A stretch of DNA of 64,000 nt from Diadema antillarum (GCF_040938485.1 NW_027270975.1:1178001-1242000); one strand, 5' to 3'; positions 12,698 to 26,100 are shown, counted from the stretch's first letter. A program made the numbers and translations. Notes: generated from the sequence alone by a model not told the origin.

Positions 12698-13828
12698 GTA
12701 AGGATGCAGTCATATTGTCAAACATTGAGATACCACTGTGTGATGGATAATGTTTATCAGTTTGTCACATTTTGACACGTACCCCTGTGTACACGAGCTC
12801 CGCTTGCAGGATGGGATGTGAGCAAGGAATGGCATGCTAGTCACATTTTATGTTCTATTTCAAGGCACTTGCTTTATGAGGAAGGACAAATGTTTCATTT
12901 TCTATCACATTTTATGGCCAATGTATGATGACCTCAATATTCCGATGATTAGTTACATTGTTTGATTGATGTTATGCAGTTTGACAAGGACAATACAGAA
13001 ACATGCCTTATGAAAATTGTTATCGTACCTTCATTTGGTGAGAATTCATATCCAACCATGTCTTTTTTGATGTGCTGAAGAAGAATTGAAACAAGAGATG
13101 AGGGGATGTCTGTAAATGGATTTGACAGAGTAGATGCAATATTTAAGAATCGGGGGGGGGGGGGGGGGAGGAGTTAGGGGAGGCAGTGGAGATGGGGATA
13201 GGGAGGTAGGTTGATGAATTAGATCATGTTTAGGCAATCAATTGAAAAACCTGTCTTTCCATTGTGCCATGCTACATCAAGGCATGTTTGGAGAATGTGT
13301 TTTTAGGATGCAGTGAGATGGAGAATGGAATTTATGATGCCCGTATCTCTGTATGAATATAGGATGCTTCTGTAAACATCTGTAATTTACACTTGTCGAG
13401 CAAAATGTGGCACAAAGTAACAAATATTCATGTGACATTGTTTTTCATGTTCCCTCTCTGTCTCTCTATCTGCCTCACTTCCATGTACCTGCATGTGTGT
13501 GTGTTGCTGGGTATATGTTCATATGAGATAATAGATAGATGGATCAAGTTGTATATTTGGGTTGGGGATGGTATATCCATTACATCACATGCTACTCACG
13601 TCAACCTTGCTACGTCTTTGCTAGTGGTGGCAAAGAGTAAATGTAGGCAGCTGGGATAGCTTAAAGGTAGTAATAAGCATAGTATAAGTACAACATCCAC
13701 ACAAGTGGGGCTTACAAGATGATGATAGCTCTTAGAGATGAAGTGGATTGAAAGATTGACCTGGAGATTTTGCTTCGTGAAACTGAAATTAATAGTGCTA
13801 CAAGAAGGAGATGGGGTGTTAAACAAAC

Positions 13829-14043
13829 GGTGACACGATATCTGCTCCTGCAACAATTGCTCTTGTCTTATTTTCTTTAAGGACTTAGGGGTGAGGGTTA
13901 GGGTTGTAATATATAGGGTTGTAGGTTTAATTTGATGTGAGGATAGGATTAGGATTAGGGTTATGTTCGTGGGTACAATTTATTCTTGGCTTAGCGTGCA
14001 GATATTTCATGGGAGCAATCACAGGAGCATATGTCATGAAACC
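13829..14043. mobile_element. 215-bp MITE with 9-bp TSD (MULE/Mutator-like) containing telomere-like repeats
   Basis: Perfect 9-bp TSD taaacaaac at 13820-13828 and 14044-14052. Imperfect ~33-bp TIRs starting GG. Internal TTAGGG/TAGGAT/TAGGGT units. Confidence 0.8.
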
Positions 14044-14084
14044 TAAACAAACTAAATTAAGTAGGATAAGCACTTACAATGGCT

Positions 14085-14315
14085 TGGTTTATGGTGATGT
14101 TCAATTTATGGCAATCGTAGTGCTGGTGATGACAATGCTGATGGTGGTTGTCATGGTGGTGATAATGGTGATGATTATGATGGAAGTGAATAGTTCTCCT
14201 GCTACCAATGATGATGAGAATGAGGATGAGAATGATGATAACAATTGTGGTCATCTGATGAAGCAAATAGTTTAAGAGCGGTGATAGTTGTGATGATGAT
14301 AATGATGATGATGAA
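14085..14315. repeat. Degenerate (GAT/GGT)n trinucleotide low-complexity tract
   Basis: Runs of gat/ggt/aat triplets. Generates the spurious ORFs 13937-14275 and 14057-14425. Confidence 0.85.
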
Positions 14316-17300
14316 CTTTCATGTGTTTTATTCGTGTTCGACTGAGGAATGCTAAGTAAGATTAGATGCAGAGATGAAATTCGGGCAGAAGGGTCACTGA
14401 ACTTTAGCCAGAAAAACAAAAACAAAAACTAAAACAAAGTGTCATATTCCAGATGTAGCAGCAGCCAGAAATATTCAATAGTAATGTAATTTGGTGAACT
14501 TGATAGCACAAACAAGACAAATCATTATACTAATTAACAGATATAAAAGGACAAAGTGTAACATAAAATACATACTGAATTCTTCTAAGTATGTCATTTT
14601 CCAAATAAAATGGCAACTAGGAAAGTTCAATCAGAATTTAGTATGATATGTTTGAAAGAGGGAATGAGACAAATGTTCTAATGTATGTATATTGTATATT
14701 AGTTTTATATCCATTCAAAAGGGAGGGGATGATGGCATGTATCATCAATCACAACTTTGCCTATATTTCATTGCAATAGATATGACCGCATTGCAAAACA
14801 TATGAAACTTTAACATTCTGCAACTTTATCATTGTTTTATGACTGGCCTGAATGAAACTTCTCCTATCGGGTTTGATGTTAACCTGTTTGTTCATGTCAA
14901 TTTGAAAATGGAGTGGCTTCTACAACTGTAGATTTGATACTGTGTGTTAGATACAGCAAGGCTTTAAGCTCAGGTGCATGTACTAGGTAGAACTTAGAAG
15001 GGAAAGGAGTTCATCATAACATCCCAGGAAGGCTGAAGTACTGAGTAAACATATCACTTCATATGACTTTCATCAAAGTGAGAGCTCTATTATAAGAGGG
15101 CAGATACTAGCCAGTCTTACATAACATTTGTTGACCAAGTATACCCTAATGGTTTGTCCACTTGTTAAGAGCTAATGGAATATTGAAAACTGACTGCATT
15201 CTAGCTCTGTAGCATTGATTTGAAGTCATCTGTAAAATATGTCTTACCTTAGTAAATCTCATGAGCAAGACATGCACTGGAAGAAGAAGGAGGGAGTCCA
15301 GGGGACAGTGGGAGAGGAGATGGGGGGAGGAAGAGCTAGAGCTGAAAGGGGATTCTAACAAATGGTGTCACTGTGACTAGAAATCACAGTTCATACCGGG
15401 TTTTCACAACTATTACTTCATATTGCTGATGTAACATTGTCCATTTTCAGACAGCTAAAATGACTCATGGGAATCATGTACATAAAGTGTAAAACTTTTG
15501 TTCAGAGCTGAGAAATATTCAGGTACTAAAATGAATCTCTACTCGGACTGTGATCTTCAGTTCCTTTTAACAGCCGTGACACAAACACCATGACCTGTTT
15601 AAACATTCTTAACACTCATACATACAAGAGTATGCATGCACCGTAAGATATGCATGGCATACAGTTTGTGGTTAGGAATGAATACAATGTCAAGATAATG
15701 TTCTGACACCTCAAATGGGTTTAGAGGTCAAGCTATTCAGATGGCAGTCATGCACACATATTAAGCAAAAATATCTAAAAACTAGGCCCCAGAGAATTAA
15801 TAAAGATCACATCAGGTTTTCCATATTGATGTCTTTGCTTCTTTGTTGCCAGTTGCAAAGATATAAATGCAATAGCAACCTGCACATGATTTTTTTTTCT
15901 TATTTTATCAAAGCATAAATGAATATGATAGCTCATAAAAAGTTAGATGTTTAGGTTTCATAAAAAAGCTCAGCTGTGTCTTTGAGACTGAGATGAATTA
16001 CATCCATAGAATGGACCAAGATATATCAAAAGATCCTCCACTATGATACTGAGTCAAAGGTGCCAATATATCATCATAAAACCCACTCATTGGTAGCATA
16101 CCTTTTATGTTAGTGATGAAATACCTGCCATGTATCTTATTACAAACAAGAAAACAATGCGTGCTCATTGTATCGTGAAAAAACAATACAGTAAATGTTG
16201 CTGTGGCATTATAGTTTGCAGGGTATACAATGCATCTAAGACTCATGTTTTTGGTTTCTCCATTATTTTTTTTTTTTCCGTCTGACATGTGGAGGGATGA
16301 TAATCATGAGTGTTCAGCATTTCTGTAGTGTACACAAAGTTTGATGCCTTTTGTGTCTGGCCTTTTTTTTGGGGGGGGGGGGGGGATCGTGATATCAGTC
16401 TTTGATTCCAAAGTAAGGTTTTGAAATGTTTTTGGCACCCCAGGCCTCTAAAGCTCACTATTTTCAAATACTGTAGCTGTCTTCTCAGTCATTATAATTC
16501 TAATATCACCTGTGCTAGAGCAAGAATTGTGGAACTCTTGGCATTTAACTTTATATTCATATTTGAGCACTTATGTGTTGTGGATATATAAGGTTTGCTG
16601 CAAAAGTGTTGTTGGTGATAATGTCAGAGATAAAGATATCAGAGGTAAATATAAAGTCATATACTAAAATATAAATCCATCAGTCATGAAAGAATGGATA
16701 AACAATTTCTTTTCCAGACTAGCTAGGAGTGTAACAATTTGGGATCAGTGATGTAGGGCCTACAGTGGTTGGCTATACCACAGTGTTGGAGTCTTCAGAG
16801 TACTTGAGAGTTCCCATTTGAATGAGGTCATTGGGTCCAGCTAATTTACCTTGTTGTATTCCAGCCCCTCATAATGTCCATATACTTAGAACACACCAAC
16901 AAAATGACATCATATGAACATGATCTGCTATACACGATATATTTAAATACATAGTATGACATTGAATTGATGTACAGGAAACAGTTCATGTGATGAAAAT
17001 ACACCAAGAGTATTTTTAAAACTCCCCCTTCCAAAAAAAAAAAAAAAATCCTACTCTTGATGCTTGTTGTCAGATTTTGGAGATTTGAGCAAATAATCAA
17101 ATTGCAGATCCTCTCACTCACACTATACAATATAGTGCTGAAGGTGCAAAGTAGTGGTAATTGAAGAAAAGAGAAGAAAATTATTAAACAGGCATGAAAA
17201 GGGAAAACACCCATCGCTCTTTAAAGACAGACCTGTAAAATGATTTCTCAAAAGTGCACGGCAGTGTTTCTCATGAATAACGCATTACTTCTCTATATTT

Positions 17301-17653
17301 GAACTAGATATCATATTCAGTTTGCTGTTACTTCTGTTTTTGTTTTTGTTTTTGTTTGTTTGTTTGTTGTTGTATTTTTTACCTCTGACTGGTATACATA
17401 GGTCCATATGAAAAACAGTAGCAAGAATTTTCCTCAACAGACCTCAGAGATAGCAATAATTTGAAAAATTCTTTAAGTAAGACACAGAATGATTTGTTTG
17501 TATACCATAAAACCAGAAATTTTTACCAATTTCATAAGAGCCAAGATTTGCAAAATGAAATTAAGATGCACACAAAAGTTTCTGTCTACACTATTTACAT
17601 TGAATGCTAGTGGCAATTGGCAAAAATTTCATGCCACAAAATATCTTCCTTAA

Positions 17654-17738
17654 CCCGTTGAGGACGAGTCCCGAGTATACTCGGGCAAGTGTCTATGGGA
17701 AATGCGTGTTGTAGCAAAATCAGTCCGTCCTCAACGGG
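17654..17738 (+). mobile_element. 85-bp piggyBac-type micro-MITE, youngest copy
   Basis: TTAA TSDs at 17650-17653 and 17739-17742. 13-bp TIR cccgttgaggacg / cgtcctcaacggg. Internal perfect 16-bp palindrome cccgagtatactcggg at 17670-17685. Confidence 0.92.
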
Positions 17739-18984
17739 TTAACAGTAGGTAGATGACTTATTTTAGTTTACTTTTGAAATATAGTTTTTCATTCAGCATC
17801 TTTTTTTTTTAAATTCTCATTTTCTTCAAAAATTCATGTTTACTTGCAAACCATGATGTAGTTTGACTGTTACATCTGTTTTTAAAGTAATTTCCATTGC
17901 AACCATATTTTGCTGAATATCCTCTAATTAAAAACTGCATACTTTTTCATCCTTTAATATCACCTTTGTACGGATGAAAGCCTAGATGTAGTGTTAGGGA
18001 TATCAATAATGAAAAATGAAAACATAAAGAAGGAAAATGCTTTCCTCCATATGTCATAGTCGAACTTCAGCCCACAAACTTGTATGACTGGAATCAGAAG
18101 GATTATACTTGTATGTATGTATCAGAGTAGTGATAAGAGACCATGGTCATGAACTTCCAATTTAGTTTGTTAAACCTCTTCATCAGGTGGAGCATTGATA
18201 TACCACATTGTACCTCTGGTAGGACAAATTAAGTAACTCTGGGTTAAATTCAGAACAGAATGTCAAGGAAACTTAATGTGAGACATGAAAAGAGAGGATT
18301 ATTATAGCAGCAAAATTTATCTTAGCTTGTAGTGACTAAGATATGGCTGATGTAGTGATTCCATTTTGAAAACTGGAATGCCAAATATGGGATAGAGGAG
18401 AAATCCTCAACAAATTTGAGCTTCTGGAGCATGGGTCACATGTCAGCCTATTTTGAGCCTGACTTTGTTTTTAAAGTGTTTCTTTTCTTGTCCCTTGGGA
18501 AGCCATAGGCAGTTCATGCAGGTCGTCTCCATATGACGCTCCCTCCCCCTTGCTGGAAAGGAAAATTGTGTCTTGCTTATGAAAATAAAGAAGAAGTTGA
18601 GTTGATATAGGGAAATGGCTTTATTGCCATGCCTGGTTCATTATTCAGAATATCAAGTTATTACATCTTGAAATTAAATTAAGCTATCTGGGGCACAATT
18701 TATTTTTATTCAAAGCACAGGAGATTTTGAATATTTTTGTTTCTTTTCCAGCAAAGTGAGACATGGTTTTCTTCAAAATAAAACCATCAAGAAAATGGTT
18801 CATTTATATGTCTAAGTACAATATCATTAAGGGCACATGATGTACGGATCATGATGACTCAATTTCCCATTAGGATTTTTATTTATTTATTTATTTTTTT
18901 ATTTTTTAGATCTGTGAAGACTCTGAACATGTTCCAGTAATGTATTCATTGCACTGACCCCATCCTAACTCTTCTATCCTCCAC

Positions 18985-18989
<5 letters not shown>

Positions 18990-19041
<52 letters not shown>
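18990..19041. repeat. (CA)n microsatellite
   Basis: Near-pure AC run. Confidence 0.95.
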
Positions 19042-19569
19042 TTTTGCAGTCAATCTCGTACCCTCTCCCCCATTCCAGCTTCAAGTCAAACCTTTCCTAT
19101 GTTTGTAACAGACCCCCTCCAGCATTGGCGAAATTCCGCACAAATATTTCTTGATAGTATTGGGGGGGGGGGGGAGATTGCAGGTTGAATTCTGAAAAAG
19201 AGGAACTGACAGTGACAGAGAATGATTGCCTGTGGTAAAATATTCTAGTTATGAAAAATATTGTGACAATGTGAATTTGTGTTAAAGACTGGACATAGTT
19301 TTGCCACTTGTGACTCTTGAGGAATACATGACATTTAATAGGAATTTGACCCCATATATATATCTTGTTTGTTTGTTTGTTTGGTTTATTTCTGCATTTT
19401 CTTTCTCCGAATACAATTGCAAATGAAAACAATATGATACAGATACATACAAATCAATACAAAAAAAAATCATTTGCGTAACAACATTCAGTCTGAAGTG
19501 GCATAATTATGAATCAAAATAACATATTAAGGCTTACTGTATCTAATAACAAAGGAGAAATCAATACAG

Positions 19570-19610
19570 GGGACCGTCATCATAAGCAGAGCTTGACGTG
19601 GATGAGGCCC
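19570..19610 (-). other. LINE 3' UTR stem-loop (candidate RT recognition element)
   Basis: Minus-strand gggcctcatc pairs with gatgacggtccc around an inner aagc-tct-gctt hairpin, about 200 nt upstream of the tail. Confidence 0.55.
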
Positions 19611-20043
19611 TATCTGAATATGTGATACCAATGTAATACAACACCAATTATATATGTACTCATAAAACTCTTAATCTTAATACACAAAACACATTTTGCT
19701 ACAGAAAAAAAAAACAGAAAAGAAAAAATAGTGACTTGGCGCTTTAGAACAAGAAAAAAAACAGCACGCAGCACCATTGACTGCTGCATGGTATAGTAGA
19801 CAATAAAAGTGTAGGTGTGTGCGAGTGACAGTGCGTCGTGTGTGCAGGTGACAGTGCAAGAGAGAATAAAGGCTGTAGCATGCCTATTTTGGGGGTAAGG
19901 TATACGCTTTAATGAATGTATGCAATATCATTATCAAAGAAAGGAAAGGAACGGGAGGGAATGAAAAAAAAAACACTTTGCATGGATCAGGGCTTACTGA
20001 GATTTCAGAAAAAAAGAAGAAAAAGTACATTGATCAAAAACTA

Positions 20044-23000
20044 CTAACTGGAGACATATTTCAATAATAAATACTTTTTTAAATGAGCTTTAAAGGAAAA
20101 CAGTGAAGTACACTGCTTTAATTGATCAGGTAGGTTATTCCAGACATCGGGACCGTAATGTCTAATTGATTTCTGAGCTAAAACAGTTTTGGGGTTTACA
20201 AGGTGAAAATCTGTCGAACGGCGAGTTGGATATGTGTGTATATTCGAATTTAAGTGAAAAATATTATGAAATAAAGAGGGAAGTTGATTTGTTGCATACT
20301 TGTACATAAATATACCTGTTTGTAAAATGTGGATGTCCTGAAGCTTCAAAGTATGCAAACGATGAAATAAAGGGTCTGTATGAGATAAGTATGTGGAATT
20401 AGTAATGATACGAATAGCACGCTTTTGGAGTAAATACAATGAATTCAGTTTAGTAATACTACAATTTCCCCATACAATATTTGAATACAATATATAAGGC
20501 AAAATTAAAGAATTATATAAAATAATCAGGGATCGTTCTGATAAGAGATCTTTCAACTTCCAGAGTACACCAATATTTCTTGATAGGGTCCTTTGTAAAC
20601 AGGATATATGTTCGTTCCATGTTAAATGAGAATCGATTGTAATGCCTAAAAATCTAATAACCTGTTTCTCGCAAAGAGAAAACCCATCAATTGATATGTT
20701 GACATTAAGATCCTGTGAGTAGGGTTTTCTAAAATAAACGAAATTTGTCTTGTTAACATTCAAAGATAACTTGTTTGATTTAAACCAATTCAATATATTC
20801 AATAATTCAGTGTTCAAACGATTAACAAGTGTCCCTATATCATAATCTGATGTAATAATGGATGTATCATCAGCAAAAAGTATAAAATTCAAAGATGGAG
20901 AAGAACCTATAATATCATTTATATAAATGTTAAACAACAGAGGCCCTCAAATGGAGCCTTGAGGTACCCCACATTTAATATCAAGTTTGTGTGATTCATA
21001 AGACTGAAAACTAACATACTGTTGACGGTTTTGCAAATAATTTATAAACCAGAGCAGAGCGTGACCTCGTATACCATACGTATTAAGTTTATGTATCAAT
21101 ACTTCATGGTCGATGGTGTCGAATGCTTTCGACAAATCCATGTATATACCTATAACATGCTTTTTATCAGCAAAAGCTTCAATCATTTTATCACACATGT
21201 GAGCGATTGCATAGTCAGTAGAATATCCACTTCTAAATCCAAATTGATTGGGTATCAATAAATTATTGGTTTGTAAAAACTGATATAACCTTTTATACAC
21301 AATTTTTTCAAGAACTTTGGATATACTTGGTAATAATGAAATTGGTCTATAATTACTCATTAATTTAAAGTCATCTTTTTTATGAATGGGAATAACTTTT
21401 GCAAGTTTGAATGAGTTCGGAAAAATGCCTGTTGAAAGAGACATATTAAATACGTGAGTTAGAGGGCTTGCAATGTAAAAGATTATTTGTTTCAATAAAT
21501 GAACACTAAGACCATCATGCCCACTCGATTTAGTTGTTTTCAGATTCCGAACAATATTGATTATTTCATGGTCATTGGTAGGCGTGAGAAATAATGAATT
21601 TTCACAAGGATTGGGTAAATAATCAGTAAAATGTGTATTACATGAATTCATATTAGATGCTAAACTAGGACCAATATTTATAAAATAATCATTAAATGAA
21701 TTGGCAATTGTGGTAAAATCAGTAATTTCCTCATTGTCAATGATGATAGAGTTGGTAGTTTCTTTTACCGTCTTTCCCATAAGAGCATTGACAGTTTTCC
21801 ACAATGAAAAAAGATTATCCTTATTTTTTTCTATATTAGTTGAATAATACAATTTTCGGGACAATCTTATTACTGATGTTAATTGATTTCTATATTTCCG
21901 GTATTTCATAAATGAGTTATTACTTTGATTCTTTATTGCTTGCTTATATAACTTATTACGGGTTGATATAGACCGCATAATACCTTTGGTAATCCAGGGT
22001 TGTCTATTTTTCTTTAAAGGTTTCCGTTTTAAACCAAAGGAATATTTCTCTGATAATAATACAATAATCTGCAGATAAATTTTTCATAAGCAGTATCAGC
22101 ATTGCTTTCATCAAATACATCGTCCCATTCTTCCTGCGCTAAATCAAATATCAAAGAATTTATATTACTTTCTGTTTCCTTATAATACATTTGAGATTTT
22201 TTATTTTCAAAATATTGTTTTATTTTCAAAGAACTATTGTTGATGGTAAAAACAGGTAAATGATCGGATATATCATAATAAAATATACCATTTGTGAATT
22301 CTGTGTTTATTACATTTGAAAATATATTATCAATAAGAGTTTTTGATGTACTAGAAATTCTTGTTGGGTTGTTGATATGTGGTTGAAATGAGAAAGTTGC
22401 TAATAAACTTAGCAACTGCATTGTATGATTATCAGAATTATTTAAAAGATCAATATTAAAATCTCCCATTATAAAAGTGTCTTTCTTTTCCTGAGAAATA
22501 ATACTCAGAATTTGATCAAAACTTTCTAAAAAACAATCAATGTTATTTCTTGGGGACCTATATATATTACCTATTATTATATTTTTTGCTTTACTGTTCA
22601 CAATTTCAACAAAAATATCTTCCGTACCCTCGATATGTAAGTCATGCCTGACTTTTATATCAATGCTATTTCTAATGTAGAAAGCAACCCCACCTCCCTT
22701 GCCTAAGTAACGATCAGAACGATACATTCGATAATGCTCTAAATTAAACATTGGTGGTGAATTTGTATTAAGCCAAGTTTCTGATATGCCAATTATACTA
22801 AATTGAAAATTTTGTAAAGAGGAAAGAAATGATTCTATGGAATCAAAATTCTTATTTAAACTTCTGGCATTGATGTGAAGAAGACTAAACAAACCCAAAA
22901 ATGATTGAAATTTATTTTGTTTTATGAGTGCATTAAACTCGGCAGTTGTGTAATAAGTACTTTCGGAGTCATTCAAACTTTGATCATCAAAGATCATACC

Positions 23001-23123
23001 ATGAGGGATCATTGTCGGTGTGGGGGTATGAGTAGAAATTGAAGGGTTGTGGGAAGAGGTTTGAGTGCAAGTGCAGGTGTCTGTGTGTGCATGTGCGCTG
23101 AGCGTGCGTGCGTGTGCATTCAT
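20044..23123 (-). pseudogene. LINE ORF2 (APE endonuclease - reverse transcriptase) with one frameshift and one premature stop
   Basis: EN motifs HINARSL, ISETWL, IYRSP, GDFNID, LIDNIF, SDHLPV. RT motifs KVIPIHKK, NYRPISLL, QFGFR, DLSKAFD, QGSI*GPLLF, FADD, FLG. A 1-nt frameshift at ~22030 joins ...IPLV to KRKPLKKNRQPWITKG. In-frame TGA at 20947-20949 replaces the Leu of QGSILGP. Confidence 0.95.
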
Positions 23124-26100
23124 CTTGAGTGTATGTGATAAAGAGTGAAGCGTCTAAATTATTTACTTGAAACTAGAGTCACCGTATACAGAACTAGAAA
23201 AATATACAATGTCTGGAATATGCGGGAAGAATTAATGGGTAAAAAAAAAACCTACAACAGTATTTGGCAGTCTGCCAGGGGTACCAAAATGGGTAATTAT
23301 ATACAGCAAATATTATCTAAATAATCACTTTTTATATATTTACGAGAAAAAAAAAACCAAAGTGATTGCGAAGAGAATCACGATACATACGAGTCTCATT
23401 GAACCCAGAGTGATTGAGCAAGAAGATGACAGGAGCAGTGACATTGGTGTATTGACCAAAATTTAAAAAAAAAATCCAGCTGGTATAACAATCTCAGCTC
23501 TGGGGAGGTACAAAAAAAATGGAATTTAGCAGTAAATAGCCTTGTGTGAAGTACTGAAATTATTGTGAGCTATTACGAAACCAAAGAAGCTAACAGTATA
23601 CAACTTAATACAGTTAATGAACTTAGAGAAACTTGGTGGGCTTAAAGTCATTGGACAAGGGTTTTCATATTTTCATATTTTCATATTTTGTTTTCATATT
23701 TTGTATTGTGTCATATGATTTACATTAAAAAGAAAAATCAGCTCTAAATATAAAACTCATGGTGCATATTTTTAAGGATGTCATCATATATGCCTACATC
23801 ATTTCATCGCTTTTTAATGTACCGATTGTAGATTGACAATGTGCTTATTATGAATGATGTGTTACAAGACATATTCCATGGTCATCAAGGAAGTGGAAGT
23901 AATCAATCACAAAATCTTGATCAATTTTTAGCTCAGTTTAAAATCCTGGACAATTGTTCAAAATGTCTGTCAGAAGTGGAGTAGTATCTGACATTAAAAG
24001 AGCTAATACAGTCATGGATGACACTCCTCACATGAGACATGCTTAAAGTATTCCTACTTTAATTTATCCATTTATTCACTATTTTGATATTTTTCCTTGC
24101 TATGACTCTGTATTGGATACATGGACATTCCATCTCGACCAGTATTCCAACAAAAGTCATATTCTCCACACCATTCTCTGTAACAACAAGGAGGTTCGAG
24201 AAATGGAGTCACAACAGTCTTATTCACTTTGATCCCATGCTCGAAGCCGCCACTCAAAAATACTTGGAAGTATGTGTCAAACTGGATCTGCCGCTCAGAT
24301 GCGAAGACAATTGACTCCTGTCTCATTGCATAATCACCCGCCACTTTCCAAGGAAGATATGTCTTTGTGATGGTAATTACTTTTCGCTATCCCTACTTAC
24401 AAACGATGGGTGGTAGGCAATGGTATATGCATGGGGGTGCGCGAATAGAAATTGCTCAAATATTGCTGAAATAGATATCAAAATTACCCGACTGCACGTG
24501 TCTGTACGCTAATCTGACATATTAATTTATAAAGAACTATACTTGAAGATGGTACCATATTAGTTTTATTTGGCGGAAATAAGGAAAAAAGTGATAAAAC
24601 TGGTTTTCCATGAGGGTAAAATTTCAAACACTTTCACAAAATACAGCTCAGATTTACACTTTTGCACATATTTTCGAACGGAATTGACTTTTGTTTTATA
24701 TGCTTTATCATTAGGTGAAATTTCATTGCATTTGATATATAAACGAGCAGCATATACCCGATATTATGTTAGCGTTAAAAATGAATCTTCAGATTGCTCA
24801 GAAAGATGGTGCCTTCAAGCTTCAAGCATCGAACATCAAAGGCACAAATGCACCTGTGGAATTCTTTTGTCCATCCATAGAAAACTGACAGCTGATTGAA
24901 TAATTATAGTCAGTTGTAACTCCATCCTTCGAACCTCCTTGGTAACAAGCAGATGAGGAATAAGTAGTTAAAGACAACATGGTTTTATGACTTGTGGCTA
25001 TTTGGAAAGGGTCTATTATGACACTGCATAGCTGATATGCATACATTCACTAGTTTTAGTTTCTTTTCGTTTTATGTGTTTTTTCTTTCTTCGTGATTCT
25101 AATATCTTAAGTATCAATGGTAGATCCCTGTCCTTGAATGTACTTTTAAACCTGTTGCAAGATATGATTTTTTCAAATGGTCATTGTGACAGCAATTTAA
25201 AGTAATTTAAAGTAATAATTTTGTACAATATTTCAAGAATATACTCTGTCTGCAGTCTCGTACATTTTTTTAAACTTCCTGATCATATTGACTGCTGCCA
25301 TACCAGATCTGGATTTTGGATTCAATAAAAGATGAATAGATATTTGATTTATGCCAAATTCCTTTCTTCTTTATCTGGTTTGTCATTCAGAGTCAGTTTG
25401 CAGAATTACTCATCGGAACCAAAATTGTTGCTTCTCCACGATACCCTAGTGAATCTTAACAAGCAGAACGTTTTCCTTCCTTTACTACCTTTCAGATCCT
25501 TGCACGGCAGCCATTCCAAAGTTTTATGGGCATCATTTATAACTCCTGGTAGACATTTGGATTGCAAGCACTTCTAACTTAGAGACATTACTCATATGAA
25601 CATTGGGTATGTGCAGTTTGTTTGAACAATGACACGGTGGTGCATTTACTCATGTAGAGGGTTCTCTTTTGGTTATATGTTAGGCTACTTTCTTGTGTCT
25701 GTGTGTTAGATATCAAAATTGTCTTTGAGTGCAGCTGGAGGGTTATACCATGCCCCCTTCCTTAAAGTGCAACTCCAATCCCAGCGCAAAATTGGCTTTG
25801 ATAGATAGAGCAGAATCAAGTTACTGAAAAGGTAGACATTTTCTCAAAGATATGGCATTTTGCAATTTCACATGTTTTTCCCTTAAGGTGAACTGTCATA
25901 CACTACATGTTTTTTTTTAATCTTCATCTATGGAGGTGGTATTGAGTCACAGTTAATACAATAGTCAAAGGAAATCACTGTGTAGGTGGAAGTGGCTTAT
26001 GCCTTGCTTATGTGTACCATCTCCACATACAACCGTGAATGTCATTTTAAGCGACTGTACTGTGTCACCTTTGCTCCAGATCACTTGTGGCACTCATTAC

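Larger units (their letters stand above)
19365..23600 (-). mobile_element. Non-LTR retrotransposon (LINE) of the CR1/L2 group, near full-length ORF2; 5' boundary approximate
   Basis: APE endonuclease + RT ORF2 at 23123-20044 and a ~680-nt 3' UTR with a stem-loop. AATAAA (plus-strand tttatt, 19385-19390) is followed by a (CAAA)n tail ending at 19365. CpG-retaining sequence continues to ~23.6 kb. No clear TSD. Confidence 0.95.

Noticed and set aside
22025-22035. Programmed -1 frameshift between the LINE EN and RT frames
   Set aside because: The A-site codon is a stop and there is no canonical X XXY YYZ heptamer in the zero frame. LINE ORF2 is normally one ORF, so a 1-nt deletion or assembly error is simpler.
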